From: a virus
Taxonomy: Duplodnaviria > Caudoviricetes
Virus record (IMG/VR): IMGVR_UViG_3300023283_000173
Coordinates: 1 to 64,000 of that record
DNA: 64,000 bases
Direction: 5' to 3' (one strand)
The stretch's first letter is position 1, and each line of letters begins with the position of its first letter. The translations under genes were made by a program, and so were the position numbers. Under the pieces are notes generated by a model. The model worked only from the letters and a program-made list of their open reading frames with translations. It was not told where the DNA came from and made no database searches. Positions 37,195 through 46,760 of this stretch are shown here, piece by piece.

Positions 37195-37542
37195 CTACGG
37201 GTCGAACACCTCTCTGAACGTCGCCGAGAGCGCAAACACCCCTGCGTCTACCAGGTCGAAACTCCAGCTCGGGCAGACCCACCGCCTCGACGAACTCTCC
37301 GTCGGCATCTGCCAGTCGAATGCCTCGTAGCCACCGCGGGCCACGAGGAACGCGTCGATCTCGTCCTTCTCACTTTCCGTCAGGTTGGTCCAGCTCAGTC
37401 TCAGCGTCAGCGGGTCGCTGTTGATACCGTCTCGAGCTCTCTGAGCGAAGCCGTCACCGAAGTCGGCCTGCAGCACCCTAGGCTCGTGACCCGTGGTGAG
37501 GCCGAAGTCCGGTCCTCTCTGCGGCGCGAACAGCTCTGCCAT
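37195..37542 (-). CDS. Distal tail protein (lambda M-like)
   Basis: FGDGFAQR..DGIN, FL..RGG.EAF.W. Confidence 0.88.
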   Translation of the reverse strand: MAELFAPQRGPDFGLTTGHEPRVLQADFGDGFAQRARDGINSDPLTLRLSWTNLTESEKDEIDAFLVARGGYEAFDWQMPTESSSRRWVCPSWSFDLVDAGVFALSATFREVFDP

Positions 37543-40500
37543 CAGAACCTCCTGCCAGCCCGGGCCTGCTGCGGGTCTAGGATGCCCCCTGGACGCGCCT
37601 CGTCGACAAGGACCTTCTTCACCTTGACACCTATCTCATCCTCCAGCAGGCGACTGAGCTGCCGGGCCTGCCTGTCGGTTATCCGAGTACCTACCTGGAC
37701 ATTACCTCCCTGCCTCTCGCCGTTCACCACCACAGGAGCGGTCACGCTCACGGCTATACCGCCTCCTCCCCCGCTCTGCAGCGCCTGCGTCTCGTCTCGA
37801 GACAGTACCCTCTCGCCCCTGTGTAGGATCGCTGGAAACTCATCCTTACCTACGAGACCCGTCCCCGACTGAAAGCGCGGTGCACCGGCGAACAGGGCGG
37901 CGGGCACCATACGCCGCTGGTCCGGCGACTCCGCGCGCCCGCCCCCGTGAAACAACCCCGCGAACAGACTGCTGCCTCCCAGGGCGTTTCCGATGAACTG
38001 CTCGAACGGCTGAAACAGCGTGATCTGCAGGATCAGCTCAGACAATCTCCGCGCCAGGTTACCGAAGGCGTCACCTATACTGTCAGACTGGAACACGATC
38101 TCCGACGCCGACCGCGTGAACTCCCGGGCGATGTCCCTGGCGGCCTCCTCGGCTCGCCGCTGCTGCTCGGCGGCCTGACGTAGTGCCTCCTGGTTCTCGT
38201 TCAGACTCTGCGTCGCGGCGAGTCTGGCGTCTACGAGCTCGCGGGCCGCGTCCGCCGCCACACCCCTCGCCTTCGCCTCTTCTATCAACTTGCGACGCGT
38301 CTCCTCGATGGCCTGGTTCTCCTCCACGCGCCGAAGCGCGTCCTCGCCCTGAGCGGCCGCCCTGGCTCTCTCCATGAGCTGCTCGGTTTCGAGGCGAGTC
38401 TGCTCTAGGAAGTCCTGCCTCTCGAGGCGCGCCGCGTCCTCGTCTCGCACGCGCAGAGCCAACTGCAGCATCTGCGCCATCCTCTCGGTCTCGTCGGCAG
38501 TGAATCCGGCCTCCTCGGCCAACTTCCTAAACGCATCTACCTCGCCGAGCCTAGACTGCCTCTCCTCAAACTGCCGGAGCGCCGCCGCACCCTCCCTACG
38601 AGCCTGGGTCTCGGCGAATATAAGTTCTATACGCTCCCTGGTAGAGGCTCGTAGGTCCGCGGCCTCGTCCGTCTCCTCCTGCTGTCTACCCCCCCTAACG
38701 TCTACGTCGGACACGGACGACACCAGATCGTCGAAGAACTCCCTCGTCGTCGACGCGCCGCTCCTGAGTCTGGCGAGAGCCTGCTGCACGTTGTCCAGTC
38801 GTTCCTCGGCGTCGACGAACTCCCTGGTCTCGGGAAGAAGGTTGATGACCTCGGCCTCCCGTCCGGTCTCCCTGGCCGCCTCCCGGAGACGCTCAAACGC
38901 CTCCGCCTGCCCTATAGCGCCGCTAACGAACTCAGCCTGTATCTCGCGTACGCGTCGCAGGAACGGGACCCTCGGGTCGTCCGCGGGCGCGATTATCGCG
39001 GTCTGATCCCTGAAGAACTCGCGCAGCTCCTCGGCAGACTCGGCCGCGTCTTGGTTGAGGCGCTCCCTGGCCAGTACCAGGTCGATCTCTATAGTCCGCA
39101 ACTGCTCTCGGTTGAGCTCGTCCAGGCCGTCCAGGGCCTCCCCGGCCTGTCCCTGGAGTCTAGCCAGCGCCTCTCCCTGCGCCCTGGCGGCCTCCGCAGC
39201 CTCTCGGTGACGTCCGATCACCGTGGTCAGGGTGACAGCCAGAGTACCTATCACCGCGATGGCGGCCGTCACGGGGTTCACAAGGAGGGCGGTGAGGTTG
39301 AGGAAGCGAAAGGCCAGCGCGAGGGTACGGACGGCCGCGGCGGCTGCGAGTAGGGCTGGTCCGAGCGTGACCATCAAGGCCAGCAGGCGCTGCGTCTCCT
39401 CCGGCAGGTCTCTGAAACTCGCTGTCAGTCCTCCTATCGCCTCGGACGCGGCGTCTATGGTGTCCTTCACGTCCAGGGCCTTGCCGAGTGCTGTCGCAAA
39501 CTGATTCATGTTGTCCTGCAGCACGATCAGCCTGGAGTTGACCCCGCTGGCGAAGATCTCGAACTCCTCGTCGAGGGCCGACACGTTGGACGCCTCGTCG
39601 AAGGCAAGGTCCATGGATCTCGTGAGTTTGTCGAAGTTCTGCGCCAGGGGGACGATCGTCTTGTTGATCTCCTCCTGCTGTAGGTTCAACGACTCCAGTA
39701 ACCGTGCACCGCGGGTCGAGGTAGGCCCGAGCTCGTTCAGCGTCTGCAGCAGCGCCAGGAAGGCCCTCTCCGGCGACTCCCTTACGAGATCCTGGAGGGC
39801 GTCCTGCGTGACGCCGGTCACGCGGGCGATCTCCTCGACGGCCTCTCCGCCCTCGCGGGCCGCCTCGTTGATGGCCCTGAATGTCCGACCCACCGACGTA
39901 CCGGCGATCTCCGCCCTGAGGCCGAGGGAGGCCATCGCCGCGGCTATGCCGGCGGCGGCTGTCGTACCGGTCTCGAAGGCCGCCGTCGCGAGACTGATCT
40001 CCGTGGCCATCCGCGCGATCTCCTGCTCGGAGGCGGCGGAGTTGTTGCCGAGCCTGACGAGGACAGACGCCAATCTACGGGCCTCCTCGGTACCCTCGCC
40101 CATCACGTTGAGCATGCGGGCGATCGACGTAGCCCCCTCCTCCCCGGCCAGGTTCGAAGCGGTACCGAGGCGGGCTATCACGTCGGTGAACTCGAGGATG
40201 TTCTCTCGGCCCTGGATGCCGAGCTGACCGGCCACCTGTGCGATGGCCTGCATGTCGGCGGTCGCGACGGGTAGCGTCAGCGACAGTTCCGCGAACTCTC
40301 GCGAGAACAGCTCCAGCTCGCGTCCGGCCAGGCCCGTGGTCTTGGCGACGCCGAGCACGCCCGCCTCGAAGTCCCCGAATGCGCCGACCGTGCCCCTTAA
40401 AAGACGCGTCGAGGCCACGATACCGGCCATCGCAGCCGCGGCGTCCCGTATGGCCCTGCCTGCCCCCTCGAAGTCGCGCGTGGCGCTCTTGGCCGCGCTG

Positions 40501-40595
40501 CCGGCCTGCCTGAAACCCCTGCCCTGCCTGTTGAGGACGCGCGTCGCCTCGTCGCGCATCCGCATGATGAACAGTAGCTCTTCCTGCTCAGCCAC
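37542..40595 (-). CDS. Tape measure protein
   Basis: 1017-aa helical Ala/Glu-rich ORF after the chaperones. Confidence 0.9.
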   Translation of the reverse strand: MAEQEELLFIMRMRDEATRVLNRQGRGFRQAGSAAKSATRDFEGAGRAIRDAAAAMAGIVASTRLLRGTVGAFGDFEAGVLGVAKTTGLAGRELELFSREFAELSLTLPVATADMQAIAQVAGQLGIQGRENILEFTDVIARLGTASNLAGEEGATSIARMLNVMGEGTEEARRLASVLVRLGNNSAASEQEIARMATEISLATAAFETGTTAAAGIAAAMASLGLRAEIAGTSVGRTFRAINEAAREGGEAVEEIARVTGVTQDALQDLVRESPERAFLALLQTLNELGPTSTRGARLLESLNLQQEEINKTIVPLAQNFDKLTRSMDLAFDEASNVSALDEEFEIFASGVNSRLIVLQDNMNQFATALGKALDVKDTIDAASEAIGGLTASFRDLPEETQRLLALMVTLGPALLAAAAAVRTLALAFRFLNLTALLVNPVTAAIAVIGTLAVTLTTVIGRHREAAEAARAQGEALARLQGQAGEALDGLDELNREQLRTIEIDLVLARERLNQDAAESAEELREFFRDQTAIIAPADDPRVPFLRRVREIQAEFVSGAIGQAEAFERLREAARETGREAEVINLLPETREFVDAEERLDNVQQALARLRSGASTTREFFDDLVSSVSDVDVRGGRQQEETDEAADLRASTRERIELIFAETQARREGAAALRQFEERQSRLGEVDAFRKLAEEAGFTADETERMAQMLQLALRVRDEDAARLERQDFLEQTRLETEQLMERARAAAQGEDALRRVEENQAIEETRRKLIEEAKARGVAADAARELVDARLAATQSLNENQEALRQAAEQQRRAEEAARDIAREFTRSASEIVFQSDSIGDAFGNLARRLSELILQITLFQPFEQFIGNALGGSSLFAGLFHGGGRAESPDQRRMVPAALFAGAPRFQSGTGLVGKDEFPAILHRGERVLSRDETQALQSGGGGGIAVSVTAPVVVNGERQGGNVQVGTRITDRQARQLSRLLEDEIGVKVKKVLVDEARPGGILDPQQARAGRRF

Positions 40596-40998
40596 GTCTC
40601 TTGCCCCTGCTCCGCCGCGCCGCGTCGAGCTCGCGCTCGCGCTGGTCGCACCCGGCCCTGGCGGCCTCCGCGGACTGCATCAGTCTCAGGCCCCTGTTCG
40701 ACTGCGCAGTGACCGGTCCGTCGTCCGGTAACCTGCCATTTCGGTACTCCCCGTAGTAGAACAACAGATCTCTCCAGTAGGACGGGTCGTCCAGAACAGG
40801 CCTGCGCGGACACTGCCACTGCAGCTCGTCGTCCACCTCCACCGGCGTCACCGCCGGGTCGCGCCACACGACCTCCCCGTCCTCGTCTCGCACGACCTCG
40901 TTGGTGTCGAGGTCTCTCTCCGGCTCGGCGTAGCAGCCCCACTCGACCTGTCTGGTACACCGAGAGCAGTCGCGCTCGGGCAGCAAGCGGATGGCCAC
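40588..40998 (-). CDS. Tail chaperone, frameshift extension (GT-like)
   Basis: In the -1 frame from the upstream slippery site. Confidence 0.65.
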   Translation of the reverse strand: MAIRLLPERDCSRCTRQVEWGCYAEPERDLDTNEVVRDEDGEVVWRDPAVTPVEVDDELQWQCPRRPVLDDPSYWRDLLFYYGEYRNGRLPDDGPVTAQSNRGLRLMQSAEAARAGCDQRERELDAARRSRGKRRG

Positions 40999-41495
40999 TA
41001 CGCCGCGTCGTAGTTTTTTTCCTCGTCCTTCGACACCTCGCTGATTTTCTTGATCTCCCCTGCGAGCTCGGAGATCAACTGTATACCCAGCCTAGAGATA
41101 CACTCGTCGGAGGCCACCTGGTACTTGCGTCCGTTCGTGTACACGCGCTTCGTATCGAACTCGATCTCGTTGCCGTCCTCGTCCAGGAAATGTCTCCAGC
41201 CGGCCAAGCCGTAGCGCACGGCGTCGATGTTCGTACTGTTGATGTGTGTCTCGACAGACACGGACCCGTCCTCGCGGTTCCCGACCGTCTGCGCCCTATC
41301 GTAGATGCGACCCATGAGGAACACGTCGAGCGGACGCAGGAGGAACACCGTCGCACCCTCCTGTATCTCGACCTCGGTTCTCTTACCCTTCTTGGGGTCC
41401 TTCGGGTCTACGGGGACCTGCCGCGTGACCTTGGCGGGGTCCGTGTTCGACACGTACTCGATCTCGTCGAGGCGGGTGATGCCCCTCAGTGCCAT
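40998..41495 (-). CDS. Tail assembly chaperone (G-like)
   Basis: Between tube and TMP; ends GAA AAA AAC. Confidence 0.75.
   Translation of the reverse strand: MALRGITRLDEIEYVSNTDPAKVTRQVPVDPKDPKKGKRTEVEIQEGATVFLLRPLDVFLMGRIYDRAQTVGNREDGSVSVETHINSTNIDAVRYGLAGWRHFLDEDGNEIEFDTKRVYTNGRKYQVASDECISRLGIQLISELAGEIKKISEVSKDEEKNYDAA
41013..41019 (-). other. -1 programmed frameshift slippery heptamer A AAA AAC
   Basis: X XXY YYZ; the -1 frame reads KKLRRGVVAIRLL into the next ORF. Confidence 0.75.
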
Positions 41496-41695
41496 GATTG
41501 CCTCCTCGGCTGCCTGGCCCGTTCATGTCTGTGGTCTTGTCCGCGACCACGAGGTCCACCTTACACGGTGCGTGCTCCTTAGCAAGAGCCTGCGCCGCGG
41601 CACGAGTCAGTTTCGCACCTACGATCTCGGGAACGTCCACTCCGGCCCTCGAGACGACGTAGACCTTGATGCGGGTCTCGCTCACGAACTCGTCC

Positions 41696-41709
41696 TGCAG
41701 TCAACTGCA
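41696..41709. repeat. 14-bp near-palindrome, copy 7
   Basis: Exact copy just after the tail tube stop. Confidence 0.9.
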
Positions 41710-41714
41710 GAGCA

Positions 41715-42953
41715 TCATATAAAGCAGACGATAAACTCATCGTCACCGTCGAACTGAGGAAACTTCAGACCCGCGTCGAAGGTACGGAAGCCGTTCCGAT
41801 CCTGGTAAGTCAGTCCCGTGTATTGTATACCCGGGGCCAAGATCCACACGGTGTTACCGCGCTCCGTGCCGACCCGCATCTGGAACGGTATCGCGTCGGC
41901 CGCGGAGAACTGCTTCCAGAAATCGTTGTCGGCCACCAGGGCCGCCTCGGGGTCGAGACCACCCTCCGGACTCCGACCGACGATTCGCACGCCGTCGAAG
42001 GCGTCGCTCCTGTTGGCATCGAGCCTGGGCTGGATGTCGTTGTTCACGTTCAGACTAAACGTCTCGACGACCGCCGAGAACTCCTGCAGCCTCATCCGGG
42101 CCAGCTCAACCTGCCGAGGCTTGGTCTTCTCGAACGTCGCGGACGGGAGGGGTGTGTCGACGGGATCGAAGTACTGCCCCTGGAAGTCGAACTGCACGTT
42201 CGCGAACTGACCGCCCTGGGCGTTGATCGTGAACGTCCCCATGGAGCCCGTCATCTTGTGCTCGAGACCGTCGAAGAACATCTTCGATGTGACGCTCTCG
42301 AAGTTGTCCGACACGGGGTCCATCCGGAACCCGGTCGGGAGAGCCCAGATCACCCACCGCTGACCGACTGCGAGGTCGCCGGAGAACGTGGGCGTGGCCG
42401 TGAGTCCGCTGGCGCCGATCGTGAAGGACGAACCGCTCGTCACGACCGCGGCGGCATTCCCCTCCCCGGTCGTGTCCGACGTGACAGTGATCTGCGCCGT
42501 CGCCGACGGCCCGCCCGTGGTGACCTCGAGGTAGTAGGCGATCACGTCCTCCGTCGCGAGGGTCGAATCGTCCGGCACCCACGACACGACGTTGGCGTGC
42601 TCCCCCACGTCGAACATCTTGGTCGCCTCGGGGGCACCCATCGCCGTGAGCGACAGGCCGCAGCCTCTGAACAGGCGCGTGATGATGGGCTCGTCTCCGA
42701 GTACCCCCGAGCTCTGCTTGCCGTTGCCGCGCAGCTCGGTTTGGAAGGTCATCTGCGCGATCTTCCGCCCGATGACGTGTCGCTGCACGGACAGACTGGC
42801 CTGCGTGAAGTTACGCTCCAGGACGCTCTCGTCGACCTGGTAGTCCTGGTCGGCGGCGAGGATCGCGTCCGCGGAGGCGTCGAGAATCTCCTCCTGGTTG
42901 AACACGGCCTCGTTCTTAGCGAGTAGCAGGGCCTTACGGCTAAGGAGACTCAT
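41715..42953 (-). CDS. Major tail tube protein
   Basis: LLAKNE.., ELRGNG..LFRGCG, position before chaperones. Confidence 0.8.
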   Translation of the reverse strand: MSLLSRKALLLAKNEAVFNQEEILDASADAILAADQDYQVDESVLERNFTQASLSVQRHVIGRKIAQMTFQTELRGNGKQSSGVLGDEPIITRLFRGCGLSLTAMGAPEATKMFDVGEHANVVSWVPDDSTLATEDVIAYYLEVTTGGPSATAQITVTSDTTGEGNAAAVVTSGSSFTIGASGLTATPTFSGDLAVGQRWVIWALPTGFRMDPVSDNFESVTSKMFFDGLEHKMTGSMGTFTINAQGGQFANVQFDFQGQYFDPVDTPLPSATFEKTKPRQVELARMRLQEFSAVVETFSLNVNNDIQPRLDANRSDAFDGVRIVGRSPEGGLDPEAALVADNDFWKQFSAADAIPFQMRVGTERGNTVWILAPGIQYTGLTYQDRNGFRTFDAGLKFPQFDGDDEFIVCFI

Positions 42954-42966
42954 CCTGTCCCTCCTG

Positions 42967-42980
42967 TGCAGTCAACTGCA
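42967..42980. repeat. 14-bp near-palindrome, copy 8
   Basis: Exact copy just before the tail tube RBS. Confidence 0.9.
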
Positions 42981-42987
42981 GATACAG

Positions 42988-43194
42988 TCACGCCTTCAGA
43001 GCGGCGATGAGCTCGTTGACCTTGGTCGCCACATCCTCGGTCGTGGCGGTCGCCGGGTCGACGATAGCGTCGACAGCAACCAGCTCGGCCTTATCGTTAC
43101 CGACCTTCGTGTTCAGCACGGAAGCCAGGTCGTCGGTCTGGGCACCGGTCAGGTTGGCTCCGCCGGCGAAGTGGTCGTTGCTTACCAGAGGCAT
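42988..43194 (-). CDS. Head fiber / decoration-like small protein
   Basis: ATATTEDVATKVNELIAALKA C-terminus. Confidence 0.55.
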   Translation of the reverse strand: MPLVSNDHFAGGANLTGAQTDDLASVLNTKVGNDKAELVAVDAIVDPATATTEDVATKVNELIAALKA

Positions 43195-43204
43195 CTTCGT
43201 TCTC

Positions 43205-43420
43205 CTACGTCGTGTCGGGCTTCACCCTGCTACCGCGTCCGCGAGAGACGTACACCCCCCCTCGTCCGTACGGCACGTATTCCTCGACTCGTCTCTTCCT
43301 ACTCCCCGTCTTGGCGCGCATCTTCCCGCTCCTCTTGGTCGAGGCGCCGGACGGTGTCTCCTCGTCCGCGACACCAGTATCGTCCGTACCTGTGTGGCCG
43401 GTCAACGTCTCGTCAGCCAT
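43205..43420 (-). CDS. Hypothetical protein
   Basis: 71-aa ORF with RBS. Confidence 0.55.
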   Translation of the reverse strand: MADETLTGHTGTDDTGVADEETPSGASTKRSGKMRAKTGSRKRRVEEYVPYGRGGVYVSRGRGSRVKPDTT

Positions 43421-43438
43421 GCCTTCCTCCTCGGGTCG

Positions 43439-43909
43439 CTACTGGTCCTCGCGCGGATCGTCGACCGACCGTCTGTAGATCACGTTTACCTCCAGGAACC
43501 CCTCGACCGTGCGGTCGGCCACGAAGTCGAGGGTCACCTCACTGGCCACCTCTACCATGTCCTGGGCCAGGCCGTCGAGGGGCGGATTCTCCCTGAGTCT
43601 CCTCTGGACCACCCCGAGGACCTCCTCGCCCTGCTCCTCACTCGACCCGCTCCCGCTCTGCACAACCCTTCGGAACTCGACGACTACCGGCAGCGTCGCC
43701 TGGACGAACGGATATAGAGTGACGGTGGTCTCTCTTCCGGGGACCACACCCCCGACGAGCTCCTTCCGCATGTCGGGATCACCTATAGGCCCCAGCCCTA
43801 TCGACGAGAAGTCTATCGGATACGGGTCGTCCGGCGGCTGACCCCTCTCTACCGAGGCCAGCAGTGCCGTGAGCGCCCTCAGGACGCGTACCCTCACCGT
43901 GTCGGTCAC
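43439..43909 (-). CDS. Tail terminator-like protein
   Basis: Size and position. Confidence 0.6.
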   Translation of the reverse strand: MTDTVRVRVLRALTALLASVERGQPPDDPYPIDFSSIGLGPIGDPDMRKELVGGVVPGRETTVTLYPFVQATLPVVVEFRRVVQSGSGSSEEQGEEVLGVVQRRLRENPPLDGLAQDMVEVASEVTLDFVADRTVEGFLEVNVIYRRSVDDPREDQ

Positions 43910-44550
43910 GCGAGCAGCTCCTTGAGCATCTTGTCGAACGCCCTGTCTACGAAGCCCGGGACGACGATATCGAGCGTGTCTTCTAGACCCAGTCTCGGTG
44001 GTATCGTAACCTCCCTCTTCAACGCGTAGAGCGGTACGACGCGACTACCCCTCCGCTGAAAGATCAACAGGTTGCCGTTCTTCGACCTGGCCACAAACGT
44101 GTTTCGCCACTGCCTGGCTGATTGCTTCACGGGCGTACCGTCGCTGTTCAGTGCCGCCCTCAAAGGTATCGTCAGGTACTGCGCCTTCCTAGGCCTGATC
44201 TTACCTCCGGTCTCGTGTATACGCAGGTAAAACACCCCGCGCATCTCCCCTCGTACGGACTCCAGCGTAGTCCCGGTCACCCGGACGCCGTCCTTGAGGG
44301 ACTGCATGGCCCTGCCCGACCTTCGCGAAAGCGTGTTCTTCGTCGTACCTCCCGGCCACGGCTGTCCGTGTGCCCGGGCCATGGCCTCGGCCACGCTGTC
44401 GAGGAACACCTTGAGCTCCCTGTTCATGACGGCACCGACACCCTTCCAGTTCTTTCCCAGCCGGTTCTGAAACGCGACGAGACCCCTCTCGGCGTCGCGA
44501 AACCTCCTGTTACGGAACTGGAACTCTAGGGTGATCGGTTCTCGGGCCAC
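43906..44550 (-). CDS. Neck / tail completion protein
   Basis: YLRIHETGGKIRP..YLTIP; position. Confidence 0.65.
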   Translation of the reverse strand: MAREPITLEFQFRNRRFRDAERGLVAFQNRLGKNWKGVGAVMNRELKVFLDSVAEAMARAHGQPWPGGTTKNTLSRRSGRAMQSLKDGVRVTGTTLESVRGEMRGVFYLRIHETGGKIRPRKAQYLTIPLRAALNSDGTPVKQSARQWRNTFVARSKNGNLLIFQRRGSRVVPLYALKREVTIPPRLGLEDTLDIVVPGFVDRAFDKMLKELLA

Positions 44551-44556
44551 CTCCGT

Positions 44557-45213
44557 CTACTCCGATAGGAGGGCCGTCGGCGCGTACCGCGTCTTGGGCA
44601 CCACCACGGCCTCGACCTGCTGCCAGAGCGACTTGCTGTCGAGCCCGGCGTCGGCGTTGGCGAACACAGGGTTGTCAGACAGCGTGGCCAGCGTGGCCAG
44701 GCGCGCCGCCTCCTGTAGCCAGGACGGTACCTGCGACAGGTCGTAGCTCTGCGGGTCGTCCACATCAGTCTCGAAGCCGGCGTCGTAGGTCACCTGTACC
44801 CACGCGGCTCGGAAGTCGTGGCGTAGAGACACCAACTCACCGGCAGACTCATTCAGTCTTACCTCTGCGGTTATGTCCGTCGGGGAGTCCTCCGGGTCGA
44901 AGCCGTCCACATGACTCGACACCAGCACCTCCACACTACCCGGTGCGACGAAGCCACGCGAAAGCAACATCTCCGTGCGTACCCCACCCGCGGTCCTGAG
45001 ATTCACGGCCGGCACATGCGCCGCGTGCCTGACCTGCGGCCGCTCGACGAAGAAGAGGTCTACCTGTCCGTCCACCCGTCCGAACTCGGTCCGGAGCATA
45101 GCCGACAGCCGCGGCTCGACGCCGTCCATAGCCTTACGGACGGCCGACACGACGTCAGGCATGTCGTCGAACCCTATACTCTCTCTGACGTCGGCTACGG
45201 ACGCGAGCAGCAC
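44557..45213 (-). CDS. Head-tail adaptor
   Basis: VTYDAGF..VPSWLQEAA. Confidence 0.7.
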   Translation of the reverse strand: MLLASVADVRESIGFDDMPDVVSAVRKAMDGVEPRLSAMLRTEFGRVDGQVDLFFVERPQVRHAAHVPAVNLRTAGGVRTEMLLSRGFVAPGSVEVLVSSHVDGFDPEDSPTDITAEVRLNESAGELVSLRHDFRAAWVQVTYDAGFETDVDDPQSYDLSQVPSWLQEAARLATLATLSDNPVFANADAGLDSKSLWQQVEAVVVPKTRYAPTALLSE

Positions 45214-45214
45214 C

Positions 45215-45652
45215 TCATACCTCCACGGCCTCCTCGTCATCACCGGAGTCAGAGGACGAGCCGCGCTCGATCCTCACGCCACCCTTACGCAGTCTCGCGG
45301 AGGTGGCCCGGTCTCGGTCCTCCGAAGTGATACGGAACCCGAGCACACTCGAGAGAGCGTCTACCTGAGGCTTCCCGGACTTCGTGAAGTGATCCTCATT
45401 GTCGGGATCGAGCTCCAGCGTCGCCTTGCGGATACGCTCGTCCTTCTCGTCCTGAGGCATGTCCAGGAACTCGCTCTCCATGCGCTCTCGCTCGCGCTGC
45501 TCCTCATCGACGTCCCTGTAGTCGAAGTACTGTCGTCGAGACCGTACGATATCCTCCAGAGAACGCGGGACGGGTACCTCTACACCGCGGCGAAAGACGT
45601 ACCCCTCGACGCTGTAGGTTCGTGGTCCCTTCAGAGTAGCGTACAAAGCCAT
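45215..45652 (-). CDS. Hypothetical virion protein
   Basis: FTKSGKPQVDALS motif; after capsid. Confidence 0.65.
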   Translation of the reverse strand: MALYATLKGPRTYSVEGYVFRRGVEVPVPRSLEDIVRSRRQYFDYRDVDEEQRERERMESEFLDMPQDEKDERIRKATLELDPDNEDHFTKSGKPQVDALSSVLGFRITSEDRDRATSARLRKGGVRIERGSSSDSGDDEEAVEV

Positions 45653-45679
45653 GACCTTACCTCCTGTAAGTCAGCCGAT

Positions 45680-45709
45680 AAAAATGAGGGGACGGTGTGA
45701 CCCGCCCCC
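45680..45709 (-). terminator. Intrinsic terminator after major capsid
   Basis: GGGGCGG/CCGTCCC stem then TCATTTTT. Confidence 0.6.
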
Positions 45710-45766
45710 TACGTCGTTATACGCCTCGGGTCCACGGCGTAGTCGTCAGACTACACCGCCAGATCC

Positions 45767-46720
45767 TCACTGCGCAATGTTGTTGTACACCACCATCGCA
45801 TCGGGCTCCTCGACCTTGAAGTCGATGCGGAGGGTCAGGACGATGATGTACACGCGAGCTGAGATGTCCTTGTCGAACTCCATGCTCACGTCGCGCTGGA
45901 TGCCGAAGATGAGGTTGTTGGGGTTGGTGAAAATACCCTTCGTGTTCGGCATGAGGCTTGCCGCACGCACCGGGGTCCCGAACGCAAACGCGTCGCTCAG
46001 GCCCGTGGTCATACTGTCGCCGAGTCCGGTGCCGCGACTCGCCAGGCTGTCCCGGTACTCCGTCTCCTGGTCCTGCGAAACGTAGTGACGCATGGCGCCC
46101 CGATTCCGGAGGAACTGGTCGGGCATGGTCTTGATGCCCTGCTTGAACACGGCCTTCGAGATCGCGGCCCCCGCCACGTCGGCTACGTTACCGTCGGTCT
46201 CCCCGATCTTGAGCCAGCCGTCCAACTGGGCCAGGAACGTGTCCCCGGAACCGGTGTCCGCCGTGATAGCGAGCTCCTCGAGGTCCGTAGACGACCGCTC
46301 GGCGATCAAGTCGATCAGAGTCTGACGGAGACCTCCGGGACCTGTGTTCGAGGGCTCGTTGTTCGCCGCCGTGGCACGCTCAACGTTGTCCTCGAGCACG
46401 TCGTACGGCAGACGGACCTCTGCGATCTGCTCCTTCGTATCGAGCTGGATCTGCTCAGTCACCGGCTTCGCTCGGTCGGCCTCCGACAGGGCCGTGGCGC
46501 TCGTAGCCTTGCGGAGGATACGACTCGTGAAGCCGATCTTGTTGATGTTGCGCTTCGGAGCCCGCATCTCGACGACGCGGGCGTCGTTGATGGTCGTAGG
46601 TTGCTTGATCAACTTACGGATAAACCGCGCGCCCTCCTCCGGCTGGAGTGCCCCGCCGTTCGCCTCGAGATCAGCGATCGTGAGGTCTGCCTTGTTCAGC
46701 AGTTCCTGGGTGCTCGTCAT
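45767..46720 (-). CDS. Major capsid protein (HK97 fold)
   Basis: GGALQPEE..FI, LPYDVLEDN, NPNNLIFGIQR, after scaffold. Confidence 0.88.
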   Translation of the reverse strand: MTSTQELLNKADLTIADLEANGGALQPEEGARFIRKLIKQPTTINDARVVEMRAPKRNINKIGFTSRILRKATSATALSEADRAKPVTEQIQLDTKEQIAEVRLPYDVLEDNVERATAANNEPSNTGPGGLRQTLIDLIAERSSTDLEELAITADTGSGDTFLAQLDGWLKIGETDGNVADVAGAAISKAVFKQGIKTMPDQFLRNRGAMRHYVSQDQETEYRDSLASRGTGLGDSMTTGLSDAFAFGTPVRAASLMPNTKGIFTNPNNLIFGIQRDVSMEFDKDISARVYIIVLTLRIDFKVEEPDAMVVYNNIAQ

Positions 46721-46760
46721 GTCCCCTCTCTCCTCAGTAGACTCGTCCCGACGGGACCGG

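Noticed and set aside
41383-41685. 100-aa ORF between tail tube and chaperone as a full gene
   Set aside because: The 3' half overlaps the chaperone gene by more than 100 nt; only the first ~50 codons might be real
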